Part shown: positions 1 to 11,993 of the stretch, piece after piece
How positions within the stretch are numbered: the first letter of the stretch is position 1
How the letters are laid out: every line of letters starts with the position of its first letter
Assembly: GCF_001194135.2 (NCBI RefSeq)
Contig: NC_068987.1
Span: forward strand, 72,559,501 to 72,623,500
DNA from: Octopus bimaculoides
Taxonomy: Eukaryota
Direction: 5' to 3'
Length of the DNA: 64,000 bases
Translations under genes and position numbers: made by a program
The notes under the pieces: model-generated
Told to the model about the DNA's origin: nothing
The model's database searches: none
The model's input: only the letters and a program-made list of their open reading frames with translations

Positions 1-202
1 CGTTTTCGTGCGGGTGACACGTAAAAGCACCCACTACACTCTCTGAGTGGTTGGCGTTAGGAAGGGCATCCAGCTGTAGAAACTCTGCCAAATCAGACTG
101 GAGCCTGGTGTTGCCATCCGGTTTCACCAGTCCTCAGTCAAATCGTCCAACCCATGCTAGCATGGAAAGCGGACGTTAAACGATGATGATGATGATGATG
201 AT
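1..202 (+). mobile_element. SINE family A 3' part with (GAT)n tail
   Basis: GTAAAAGCACCCACTACACTCTCTGAGTGGTTGGCGTTAGGAAGGGCATCCAGC...CATGCTAGCATGGAAAGCGGACGTTAAACGATGATGAT; recurs at 1.2, 24.1, 33.3, 48.0, 60.4 and 61.3 kb. Confidence 0.85.
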
Positions 203-1204
203 ATGACAGGCTTCTTTCATAAGGTTTTGGTTGATCTGAAACTACAGTAGAAGACCTTTGGCCAAGGTGTCATGCAATGGGACTGAACTCAGAACCATCA
301 TGTATACAACACCATCATTATTTTAATGGGTCCATTTTCCCATACTTGCATAGGTGAGACAGAATTCACAGAGGCAACTATTTCCAAGCAAGGTAATATT
401 TTTCTATGGCCAGACATGTTTTCACAAAAAACTGAAAATGAAAGACTACACTTATACGGCAGTGATACCTGTTTAGAACTATCAAGATAAGGGGAGATAC
501 AGATACATTCACTCACACACACACACACACACACAAAAGCTTCGTTTAGTTTCCGTTGATATACTCACAAGCCTTTGGTCAGCTTGAAACAATAGTAGGA
601 GACACTTGCCCAAGGTGCTATGCAGTGGGATTGAATCTAAAACCATGTGGTTGGAAAGCAAACTTCTGAACCACACAGCCATGCCTGTACCTCTTAATAT
701 AATTCTTAGTATGAAGTATGACACAATATTTGACAAAGCAGGACCTTTGAATCACTGTTACAATAAATCTTGTGGGATTTCATTAGTTTCTGTTAACCTA
801 GTTTCAATTACAAGGCTTAGGTTGCCCATAGGCTATGGTAAAAGACATGCCTGAGATGTAACTTGGTCATACCTTCATAAAAAGAAGAGATCCTTGGGAA
901 ATAAGTAAAATATTAATTAGGATAAATAAATTTAAGGGTGATGTATAGAATAATGTATGCAGAAAATTCTCAGTTAGTTAAAATTCCCTTCTTAAAGAAA
1001 GCAAAACGTAACAGTAATTGTTAGCAACTCTCCTAAATCGGAAATAATTGAACTCACAAAGTTAATTTATATGTTTGTGAGAAATACAGTTTTATCTTTG
1101 TGTGCAGGCAAGGGTCAATTACAAACACATTTCACTCTATTTGACCACATCAACACAGCAGAGACTACTCAAGCCTGGAGAAGTGAGATCACTTTCAATG
1201 CTAC

Positions 1205-1693
1205 AATCATCATCATCATCGTTTAACATCCGCTTTCCATGCTAGCATGGGTTGGACGATTTGACTGAGGACTGGTGAAACCGGATGGCTACATCAGCCT
1301 CCAATCTGATTTGGCAGAGTTTCTACAGCTGGATGCCCTTCCTAACGCCAATCACTCAGAGAGTATAGTGGGTGCTTTTACGTGTCACCCGCATGAACGC
1401 CAGTCAGGCGGTACTGGCAACGGCCATGCTCAAAATGGTGTATTTTATGTGCCACCCGCACAAGAGCCAGTCCAGGAGCACTGGCAACGATCTCGCTCGA
1501 AAATCCTACGAAGGCCAGTCAGGCGGTACTGGCAACGGCCATGCTCAAAATGGTGTATTTTATGTGCCACCCACACAAGAGCCAGTCCAGGGGCACTGGC
1601 AACGATCTCGCTCGAAAATCCTATGAAGGCCAGTCAGGCTGTACTGGCAATGGCCACGCTCAAAATGGTGTATTTTATGTGCCACCCACACAA
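1205..1693 (-). mobile_element. SINE family A copy with an internal 115-bp tandem repeat (~2.6 units)
   Basis: Reverse complement of the 1-202 element. GCCAGTCAGGC units start at 1399, 1514 and 1629 (period 115). Confidence 0.85.
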
Positions 1694-2378
1694 ATAAATA
1701 TTTACACTCCTCTTCTTTAATTGAGTATCCCCCCCCCCTTTTGTTTTTAAACTCAAACATGCATCCATAGATAGATAGATAGATAGACAGAATGTAAATT
1801 AATCTACATGCCTCAGGAAACAGATATACATTTAGCCTCATTATGCAAATAGACTTCATCAGTAAACAATAGAAATTTCTTTACTCTATTGCACAACTAG
1901 GCTAAATATACATATATTAAATATATGCATGTGAGTATTTTAGTTAATTAATATAGGCATGTGTATTTACACAGATATGTATACATTCACACAAAAAGTT
2001 TTTAGTTCCACTGACATTTGAAACCTGTAGCTATTACTGGTATTTAATATTGTTGCTGTTTTATTCAAAAGAAGTCATTGAAGCAACTAACATAATGGGG
2101 GAGGGGGTAGTGGTAGCAGTCTGCCCCGGGTGCCACTTTTAAAGGGGCAGCACTTTTAGGTCTGCTGTAGGCAATATGTGTTTTTTCGTGGGGTCCGGGG
2201 GACAGCAAACGGAAGGGCTGCCCCAGGCAGCACACACTCTAGCTACGCTAGTGATTGCAGCACAATACAAAACAAGAAAGATTTATATGAATTGATAATA
2301 AAACTACCTTATATAAAGGCATTGAATGTACAAAAGAATGACTATTTGGGCTAGATATGGCTGGTTTAAATGCTAAGG

Positions 2379-2622
2379 CAGTGTTTCTCAACCTTTCTAC
2401 CCTTGCATAACCCTTAAAATAAATTACATGTTTCGAGGAACCCCTACAAGAAAATTATATACTATATCTTTCTCATATATTTTTCATTGCAGTTCAAATT
2501 GTGTCCATATTACAATATTACAATAACCAATAATATGTTGTGAATGTATAGTAATATTATGACCATGAAATTAGCATTAGCTTATCTCACTCTTTCGCGA
2601 GGAACCCAGTTGAGAAACGCTG
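2379..2622. mobile_element. hAT-type MITE with 8-bp TSD
   Basis: TIRs CAGTGTTTCTCAAC / GTTGAGAAACGCTG; flanks TGCTAAGG (2371-2378) and TGCTAAAG (2623-2630). Confidence 0.8.
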
Positions 2623-3611
2623 TGCTAAAGGGTTAACACATCAACTGTTGCATGTATTTGGGCCAGATTTCTACTTTACCTCACAAGTCATGGAAGTCCT
2701 GAAAAAATGTATAGCCTCTTCCTCTCTCTCTCTCTGAATAAACCATTATAACATTAAAAAAAAAAATTCGTGAAAACTGGTCATGAAAACTATAGTAATA
2801 GCAAAATATAATGGAGAACTTTACACAGAGATAGTATACCCTAGCAACAAACTAATGTCAGATAATACAACCTAACTGTTTCCTGATTGCTGAAAGAAGC
2901 CTATTGTTAATATGTCAAACATTTTGAATCAGAAAGATAATGAATCAGAAACAACAGACAGTAAATCACTCCCACAATTCCTGCCTACATTAAAAAACAT
3001 CAATAACTAAGACAACTGATAACTACTTTATTCTAAAGATAAGACCAGGAATTGTATAAATGGTGCAGACCCTGGGAAGAATATTATTCAAAACAAAATA
3101 AAAATAAAAGTATTTAGGAAAAAAATGGAATATATGGCATTATGAAAAATATCTTAAATTAAGAGATTAAAACTAAAGCATCATCACTTTTATGTCCACT
3201 TTTCCATGCTTATATGTGTCAGATGGAATTTGTTAGTGCAAATTTTCTCTGACTGGAAGCCTTTCCTGTCATTAACCCTCACTTGTTTTCTAACAAGGTA
3301 ATATTTCTCTATGACCAGACGTATTTTTACAGAAGATTAGAAACAAATGATATTACTTATGTGATGGTAACATGATGTCAAGACAAGGAAGAACTCACAC
3401 ACACACACACACACACACACATTCGATGGGCTTGTTTCAGTTTCTGACTAGTAAATCCACTTACAAAGCTTGGGTCAGTGCAGGGTTATAATAAAAGACA
3501 TTTGCCCAAGTTGCCATGCAATAGGAGTGAACCCAAAACTACATGATTAGAAAGCGAACTTGTTAACCACACAGCCAGGACTCAAAACAATAATTTGTCT
3601 TCTAAATATAA

Positions 3612-3835
3612 TTATAAAATTGGCTTCAAATTTTGACACAATGCCAGTAGGTTTTGGCGGGGGAGCTAAGTTGATTAACTCGACCCTGGTGTTCAACTTG
3701 TACTTATTTTATTGACCTCAAAAGGATAAAAGGCAAAGTCGACCCTGGCAGAATTTGAACTCAGAACGTAAAGAGAGATGAAATAACACTGAGCATTTTT
3801 ACCTGGTGTGCTAATGGTTCTGCCAATTCACCATC
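3612..3835 (-). mobile_element. tRNA-derived SINE family D
   Basis: GGCTTCAAATTTTGACACAA...AAAGGCAAAGTCGACCCTGGCAGAATTTGAACTCAG; similar copies at ~25365-25568, 48210-48400, 57175-57395 and 59207-59420. Confidence 0.75.
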
Positions 3836-4367
3836 TTAATAATAACTATAATATTAATATATATACAGGGTGATCCTATTAGTATTTAAATAATAAATAA
3901 TATATAAAACATTTATTTTTATATTTTGCGGCAATTTTGTTTTTATATATTTTTAATACTATCTTTGGTATTTGATTGTGACTACCTTTTGATATACATA
4001 TTTTTTTTTTATTAATAATTGGCAGAAAGTTACAGAATAACTAAAAGGCCAAGAGTTTTGTATGCTGGCTCTTTCTGCCAATTATTAATTAAAATATATA
4101 TATTTACTCATGTTTTGAGTTCTGTTTTTCCTGTATACCAACCTTATATATTTACATATGGTGGTTAAATGATGATGATGATCACACACACACACACACA
4201 CACACAATATATATGCATATATATATATATATATATATATANNNNNNNNNNNNNNNNNNNNNNNNNNNNNNNNNNNNNNNNNNNNNNNNNNNNNNNNNNN
4301 NNNNNNNNNNNNNNNNNNNNNNNNNNNNNNNNNNNNNNNNNNNNNNNNNNNNNNNNNNNNNNNNNNN

Positions 4368-4665
4368 TGAGCGAAAACACCTAAAAGCTCCACGAGGCTC
4401 CGGCAGGGGATGGTGGCGAACCCTGCTGTACTCTTTCACCACAACTTTCTCTCACTCTTTCTTCCTGTTTCTGTTGTGCCTGTAATTCAAAGGGTCAGCC
4501 TTGTCACACTGTGTCATGCTGAATATCCCCAAGAACTATGTTAAGGGTACACGTGTCTGTGGAGTGCTCAGCCACTTGCACGTTAATTTCACGAGCAGGC
4601 TGTTCTGTTGATCGGATCAACTGGAACCCTCGACGTCGTAAGCGATGGAGTGCCAACAACAATTA
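4368..4665 (+). mobile_element. SINE family C (5' end lost in gap)
   Basis: Near-identical to the body of the 46303-46687 element, ending GGAGTGCCAACAACAA. Confidence 0.85.
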
Positions 4666-6017
4666 GAGAGAAATTTTCTTTCCATAATAACTGCAGTGAA
4701 TTTACCTATAGAAGTTAAAATATGCCACAAACGTATTTTAACTAAAGTTCATATATATATTCTTTTATTCTTTTTTTTTCTTACTCATTTCTTTCATTTG
4801 ACTGCAGCCATGCTGGAGCACTGCCTTAAAGGGTCTGTTAGCTGAAGAAATTGATCCAGGATTTATTCTTTGTAAGTCTAGTACTTATTCTATCAGGCTC
4901 TTTTGCTGAACCACCAAGTTACAAGGACATACACAGAGACAAAGACACACTCACATACATATTTATCATATATACGATAAGCTTCTTTCAGTTTCCACCT
5001 ACCAATTCAACCCACAAGGCCCTGGTCAGCCCAAGGCTATAGTAGAAGACACTTGCCCAAAATGTCATGCAGTGGGACTGAACCCAGAACCTACAAGCAA
5101 AACTCCAAGTAACAAGAGACTGACTTGACCCAAATAACACACACTCATACACACACAAACAAACACATGCATTTATACATTATATATAATTACATACATA
5201 CTGCATATATTCACACATGCATACTCATACACACTCATAATTACACATAAATACAGCTATACAATGTCCCAATGTACTATAGCTAGAGGCAGAGTGGGAA
5301 CTTTTGCTCCACATAACATCATACTACCAAACTTTATTCCATTATGGAACCATAAAGAATCAACCATTATTAATGATCTTTTTTAGATGTTATTTCTGAG
5401 CTCTGGCCTCACACTGTGCAGGCAGCAGGGGGTAAAAAGGATGTGATGATGGGCAAGTAGATGAAATATGTACAATGATGGATGCTATGAGAGTTACGGG
5501 TAGAGAGAGGAGAGATACTTTCAAATGATTTTCATACATGTAAGTAACTTTTGAACTGAAATATATAAAAGCTATTTCATAACTGATGTGCTACATGTTG
5601 ACATGTAAACACACATGCATAAAAATTTGTGCAGTAGTGGATTACAAACCCATGTGTTTATATACATATGTGTATATATGTGTATATTCACAAGTGTATG
5701 TGTATGTTTATTTGTTCATTCATTTTTACATCTGTTTTTCCATGCTGGCATGGGTTAGATGATGATGATCATCATCATCATCACCATTTTTAACATTTAC
5801 ATTTCCATGCTTTCATGGGTCAGATAAAATTTGTTGAGGCAGGTTTTTTTTATTTTTTTATAGCCAGATGTTCGTCTTGTTGCCAACACCTCATCTATTT
5901 CCAATCAAGGTTATATTTTCCTTATCTGTTCAACAAAAACAGCTCTATAATCAAATTCTATGCATACACAAGTGACAAGCACACACACAGATAACTTGTG
6001 TTTATGTGTAAATTTGT

Positions 6018-6053
<36 letters not shown>

Positions 6054-6201
6054 ATGATGATTATTTTTTTAGTTGTTTGTGTGTATGTGTATTTCTGTGT
6101 GTGTGTGTTTCTGTATGTTTTTCAACATATAGATAACCTAACAGACTTTAAAGAAAGGCTTTCACTATAATGACAGGTTGTTGTTGAGAGAGAAATTCAA
6201 T

Positions 6202-6255
<54 letters not shown>

Positions 6256-6832
6256 GAAAGATAGATAGTAGGATGTTGTAACCATAGCAACTAATATATA
6301 ACTCACTATATAACAGTCTACTATTAAAAGAAGGTATGTGCATGTTTAACAAATATTTTTACTGGCAGCATAGCAATGGGTAAAGACTTAGTCAAGTAAT
6401 AATAATCTTTTCTACTGTAGGCAGAAGGCATAAAATTAGGGGAAAGGGGGTTAATCAATTACATTGACCTCAATGATCAAAAGATGCTTATTTCATTAAC
6501 CTGGCACCAGCACAGATGCTTTTCACAAAGCATAATAATAATAATAATAATAATAATCCTTTCTACTAAAGGCGCAAGACCTGAAATTTTGTGGGGAGGT
6601 GACTAGTCGATTACATTAACCNNNNNNNNNNNNNNNNNNNNNNNNNNNNNNNNNNNNNNNNNNNNNNNNNNNNNNNNNNNNNNNNNNNNNNNNNNNNNNN
6701 NNNNNNNNNNNNNNNNNNNNNNNNNNNNNNNNNNNNNNNNNNNNNNNNNNNNNNNNNNNNNNNNNNNNNNNNNNNNNNNNNNNNNNNNNNNNNNNNATGA
6801 TTCTTCTGTCTTACTACCTTAATAACAACAAC

Positions 6833-6844
6833 AACAACAACAAC

Positions 6845-6895
<51 letters not shown>
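6833..6895. repeat. (AAC)n-(AAT)n microsatellite; one example of many ((AAT)n 44422-44488, (TA)n 31204-31255, (CA)n 19562-19606, (GA)n 6212-6250, (GAT)n 47578-47641)
   Basis: Directly visible. Confidence 0.95.
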
Positions 6896-6897
<2 letters not shown>

Positions 6898-7778
6898 ATT
6901 CTTTTATTGCCCATAAGGGTGTTGAATAAGAAGGCCATTACAAAGAAAAACCATAGAAATTGAGAATTGATGTGGTGGGTATACAAAATCAACAAATACA
7001 AAGAATGTCTACAAGAAATATGAAACAAGACACCTAAATTGGTGGGTAGGGTGACAGACAATGATTTGGAGCCAGCTAAGGAACTCTACTAAATCTAGAT
7101 TCACCCTGACTGCCAAGGGTTAGTGCTGTCTTTCAACTATGTTTTCTGGCCTAGAGGTGAATGCTGATGGTGATGGTGGTGAAGAGGAGGATATGAATAA
7201 CAACAACAATAAGAGAGAAAAAAAGAGAACATGAAAAATGAGGGGAAATGGAGAAGAAAAGAAGAGAAAAGGACAAAAAGGAGTGAAAGGAACAAAGAAG
7301 AAGAATGGAAAAAGACATACTGTAAGAGAAAGGAAAAATATGAAAGAAATGAAGAAAGAGGAAAAATAAGAGAATTAGATGTAGAGTGAGGAAGTAGAAG
7401 AAGTAAAGGAGGAGGGGAAGAAAGCCAGATCAATATGTTTGCTTGCTAGGCTTAGTATAACGAAAAAGGCAATTCTATTTAAAAGTCTTCACAGTGGTAG
7501 AATATAGTAAACACCAGCATGTCTTTATTTTCTTTCACAATGTACAGTAATGAATGCAACTATTGTTTACGCCTCATTTGACACAATGGCCCTAAAGTAG
7601 ATATCGTGTATGTGCATGCATGTATGTGTGTGTGTGCGTGTGTGTGCGTGTGTGTGCATGCATGCACACGCATATCCTTAAACCACCAGAATGAGGCTAG
7701 CAAAATGGTAAGAAGCAGTAAGTTGTGAAAAAGAGGAGACATGCAACTAGTTCAAGAGAATGAGAGAGAAAAGGCAAG

Positions 7779-7832
<54 letters not shown>

Positions 7833-8109
7833 AAGTATTTGCATGTACAAAGCAGAAAGATTGTAAGAGAGGAAGAGTGTATGTACATGTATGATAGAAA
7901 GAAAGAGAGGAGGCAGTCATGCTATTGATGGTGGCTGATAATAAAGAAGAAAAGGAATTAGAACTTGAAACTAGTGATAGTCTGAGAGCAACGAAGAAGC
8001 CTCTATGCAGTCACTTGATCACCTAGAAATGGTAGTCAAATCTCTCTTAATCACATTCTACTGTCTTAAAATAAATGCTTGGATATATCAGATAATGTAG
8101 TTCTAGATA

Positions 8110-8495
8110 TAGGTGCGGCATGGCTGGGTGGTAAGAAGCTTGCTCCCAACTGCATGGTTTCAGGTTCAGTCCCACTGTGTGGAACCGTGGACTGGTGTCT
8201 TCTACTCTAACCCAAGGCTAGAGAAGGAGACATTTGTGAATGGATTTGGTAGATGGAAACTAAAAGCAGCCTGTCACATGTGTATGTGTGTTTGTGCCTG
8301 TTTGTCCCCCACCACTGCTTGACAACCAGGTTTAGTGTGTTTATGCCCCCCATAACTTAGCAGTTTGGCAAAAGAGAGTGATAGAAAAGTACTAGGCTTT
8401 AAAAAAAAAAAGTACTAGGTCAATTCATTTGACTCAAAATTCTTCAAGGTGGTTCCCAGGATGGCTGTAGTCTAATGACTGAAACAAGTAAGAAA
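8110..8495 (+). mobile_element. SINE family B (older copy)
   Basis: tRNA-like head GGCTGGGTGGTAAGAAGCTTGC...GGTTCAGTCCCAC and tail CTAATGACTGAAACAAGTAAG. Confidence 0.75.
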
Positions 8496-10044
8496 AAAAA
8501 TACAGTGTCTGAATGATAAACAGGATAATCACATACATGAACAACTTTGAACATAGGTCTCTAAACAACAACAAACTAGTATCATCATCATCATCATTTA
8601 ACATCTGTTTTCCATGCTAGCATGGGTTGGACGATTTGACAGTAGCTGGTAAAGGCCAGGGTCTGCACCAGGTTCTGCTGTCTGTTTATAAAAAATAAAT
8701 GATGTGTTATTTTGCTCTGAAGAATATCATCAATATCAAACATCAGGCAGACTTTCATCACTAGAACTGTGGGATCTAGTCTTAAACATGTAAGTAAATA
8801 TAGCATAAGATGGTCATGGCTGGAATGTCTTAAATGATAGCTCTGCCAAGCCTATGCTAAGCTGTAGTCTAAACTAAAAGAAAAGTAATAAAATAGCTTA
8901 TAATGGTGGTCTTGTTGGAAAGGTGCCTTGGGTGTCTTCTACTTTGACCCCCAAGTTGATCAATGCCTTCTGAATGAATTTCATAAACAACAGGAACTGT
9001 ACAAACATTTGTATGCATGCATGTGTGTATGTCATTGTTTAGTTTTATTTAGTTTTACAATGTATGTATGTATGTATGTATGTATGCGTGCACTTGTGTG
9101 TATCTGTATTTACATTCTATGCATGGTATGAAGATATGCTGAACTATGGACAGTGAGGTCTGTTGTCATTCCCCGTCAACAAATCATGTTAGCTTGTTCT
9201 TCTTCTTAAGTATTTCTGGTTACTAATCTGGCATAGCTCTACTATACAGAAGGCGGCTGCTTGATTATGTCAGTGACTGAAACCAGTAAAAAAAAAAAAA
9301 ATATCACACATACATACAAACATGCATGCACACACATAATTCAAATCTTCTGCTATCAAAAGCAATCAAAAATAACTTGGTATCTGTATGTACCAAGCTT
9401 TTGCTACTGGTTTTAAGTACCCATGTAGTTGTAAGCAGGCACAGAAAACCATAACCTAATGGAACATCTAGGATGTGACAGACAGAGGGAGAGATGGAGG
9501 CTGCACCAGCTCTGGGCTAATACTCCATTAATCCTGGGAAGATGAAAAGCAAAGTTGACCTCAATGAGACTTGAACTCAAAACACAGAGAACCAGAATGA
9601 ATACTGCAATACATTCGATCAAGCTTTCAAATGACTCTGCCAATGGACTACTCTTTCATACAAACACACAAACATGCATGCATGCACACACACACACACA
9701 ACAAGTGGTGAGAGGCTGTAAGAACCAAGCCATAATGGTAAAGTGGACATGTGATGATGATAATGGTGATGGTAGTAGTGGTGCATCTTATCTCTCTCCT
9801 GAGTTCAAATCCTGCTTTAATCAATTTTGCCTTTAATTTCTCTGGAGTTTATAAAAAAAATGATCTACCATCCTACCCTCAAACAATTGGCCAAGTGCCT
9901 AGTGAAAAGAAATCAATTTTGTTATATTTAGGTCATTGCAGTTTCTCCCATTTTCCATTTCTATGGAAATCCTACATTTCACATCATGTCTATTTAGAGG
10001 AGGAGGAAAAAAAACCCTCTGCAATTACTAGGATACTCTCTTTT

Positions 10045-10455
10045 TACTCTTTTACTTGTTTCAGTCATTTGACTGCGGCCATGCTGGAGCACCGCCTTTA
10101 GTCGAGCAAATCGACCCCAGGACTTATTCTTTGGAAGCCTAGTACTTATTCAATCGGCCTCTTTTGCCGAACAGCTAAGTTACGGGGACGTAAACACACC
10201 AGCATCGGTTGTCAAGCGATGTTGGGGGACAAACACAGACACACAAACATATACACACACATACATATATATATATATACATATATATGACGGGTTTCTT
10301 TCAGTCTCCGTCTACCAAATCCACTCACAAGGCTTTGGTCAGCCCGAGGCTATAGTAGAAGACACTTGCCCAAGGTGCCACGCAGTGGGACTGAACCCGG
10401 AACCATGTGGTTGGTAAGCAAGCTACTTATCACACAGCCACTCCTGCGCCTATAT
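10045..10455 (-). mobile_element. SINE family B, young full-length copy
   Basis: Retains CpGs and has an intact pol III-like head (GGAGTGGCTGTGTGATAAG...GGTTCAGTCCC). Matches 61582-61915 (+) and 51128-51432 (+). Confidence 0.85.
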
Positions 10456-11714
10456 GAAAAAAAACTCCACTCCAAACTATGAATTCAGCACAACTCATGT
10501 CATTAAGCTATGTCTCCAGACAGAGATATACATCTATCCTTGTTTATCATAAGAGTTTATGCAAAAACAATAGTGATAAATAAATCAGTGATATATGAAT
10601 CATTTCCATTCACTTTGTGAATAGAACAAATGGTAGATTTATTGATATCAAACTCATGGCCCTGAGTAGTAAAGCTTCTGTCATGTATTTTTTTGATCAT
10701 CTCTAACTTTTCCTGTAGAGAGAGAGTACATTCATCTGCATCATTTGTTAGGATCAGGCGCCTTCATTTTTTTTTTCTGTTCATTGGCCCCATGTTTATG
10801 GATATGAGTACATAAATCTGTGCAAAAAATATGCAGCTTTGCAACACTCATGTAAATACAAGTGATAATCAGTGAGTTGTAGGTAGCTGGGTATTGTGAG
10901 TGGTAACAGGAGCATGTTTTTGTAGTACAAGCAGAATCTCTGAATGATCAACCCATGTTATCACAAATCAATCCATTATAAGTATAATATAGTTCACAAA
11001 TGAGCAATAGTGCATTATCCCAGACCAGTGATAAATGGATCAGTAATAAATGAGACTACACATGATATGTATCTTAAAATAATGAAAGGGTTGTAAGGTG
11101 TCATATTACATATATAAGGATACTGTATACTGGTGAACTATTGCATACTTAACTCATTGCTAACAAATTTAACATAGGGAGTATTAAAAGGCTAACAAGA
11201 AATAGATGTATAGGAATATTAAAATGATATTAATAAATGATTAATATTATTTTCAGTTTCCTTAGCAAGAATGGGAAACAACTTCAGATGACATGTTTTG
11301 GTATTATTCTGACTCATCAGTTATAACAAAGCTTTCACTGAACTTGCTGAAACAGTGATGAATAAATCATGAAGTAAATATAGAAGAGTGTATGTTCATT
11401 GGTGGAGGAAAATAGAATTCTTCGGGAATTCAATAATTCAGAGACGTTAACTTCTGATAGAAAATAAAATAAATATAAAAAAAAGTACAGTCTGTATTAT
11501 GTCCAAAATGAATCTCATTGTTGGATTGCATGCAAACTAATGAAGGTAAGTAGTGTTTTCGTTTAGCTCAAGGTCAGCCCTGACCAGGCAGATAAATGAT
11601 CAAGAGCATTTCAGCTGTGACCATTTCATTATTTTGTTTTTCAGACATTATTTAGTGCATCCATCCTTTCTGAAAGACAGTAGAGTGTGGATCAAAAATA
11701 TTTGGCTGCTCTTT

Positions 11715-11993
11715 CAATTTTCGATGAAATCTTGCTGAAAATTTTTGATGAAAATTTTTGTTGAAATTTTTGATGAAAATGTTTGAAAATGTTTGAGGAA
11801 AATGTTTGATGAAAATGTTTGATGAAAATGTTTGATGGAAATGTTTGATGGAAATGTTTGATGGAAATGTTTGATGAAAATGTTTGATGGAATGTTTGAT
11901 GAAAATTTTTGAAAATTTTTGATTAAATTTTCGATGAAAATTTTGCTGAAAAGTTTTGAAAATTTTTGTTGAAATTTTCGATGAAAATGTTTG
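11715..11993. repeat. AT-rich minisatellite, ~13-bp unit (TTTGATGAAAATG), running into a gap
   Basis: Repeated gtttgatgaaaat/gtttgatggaaat units are directly visible. Confidence 0.85.

Noticed and set aside
1399-1693. CRISPR-like appearance of the regularly spaced repeats, and ORFs 1275-1697 and 1372-1626
   Set aside because: The units are whole 115-bp tandem copies without unique spacers, lie inside a eukaryotic SINE, and have no cas genes nearby.
7137-7433. Hydrophobic F/S/L-rich ORF suggesting a membrane protein
   Set aside because: It is the antisense translation of a purine-rich (GA/AAG) low-complexity tract.
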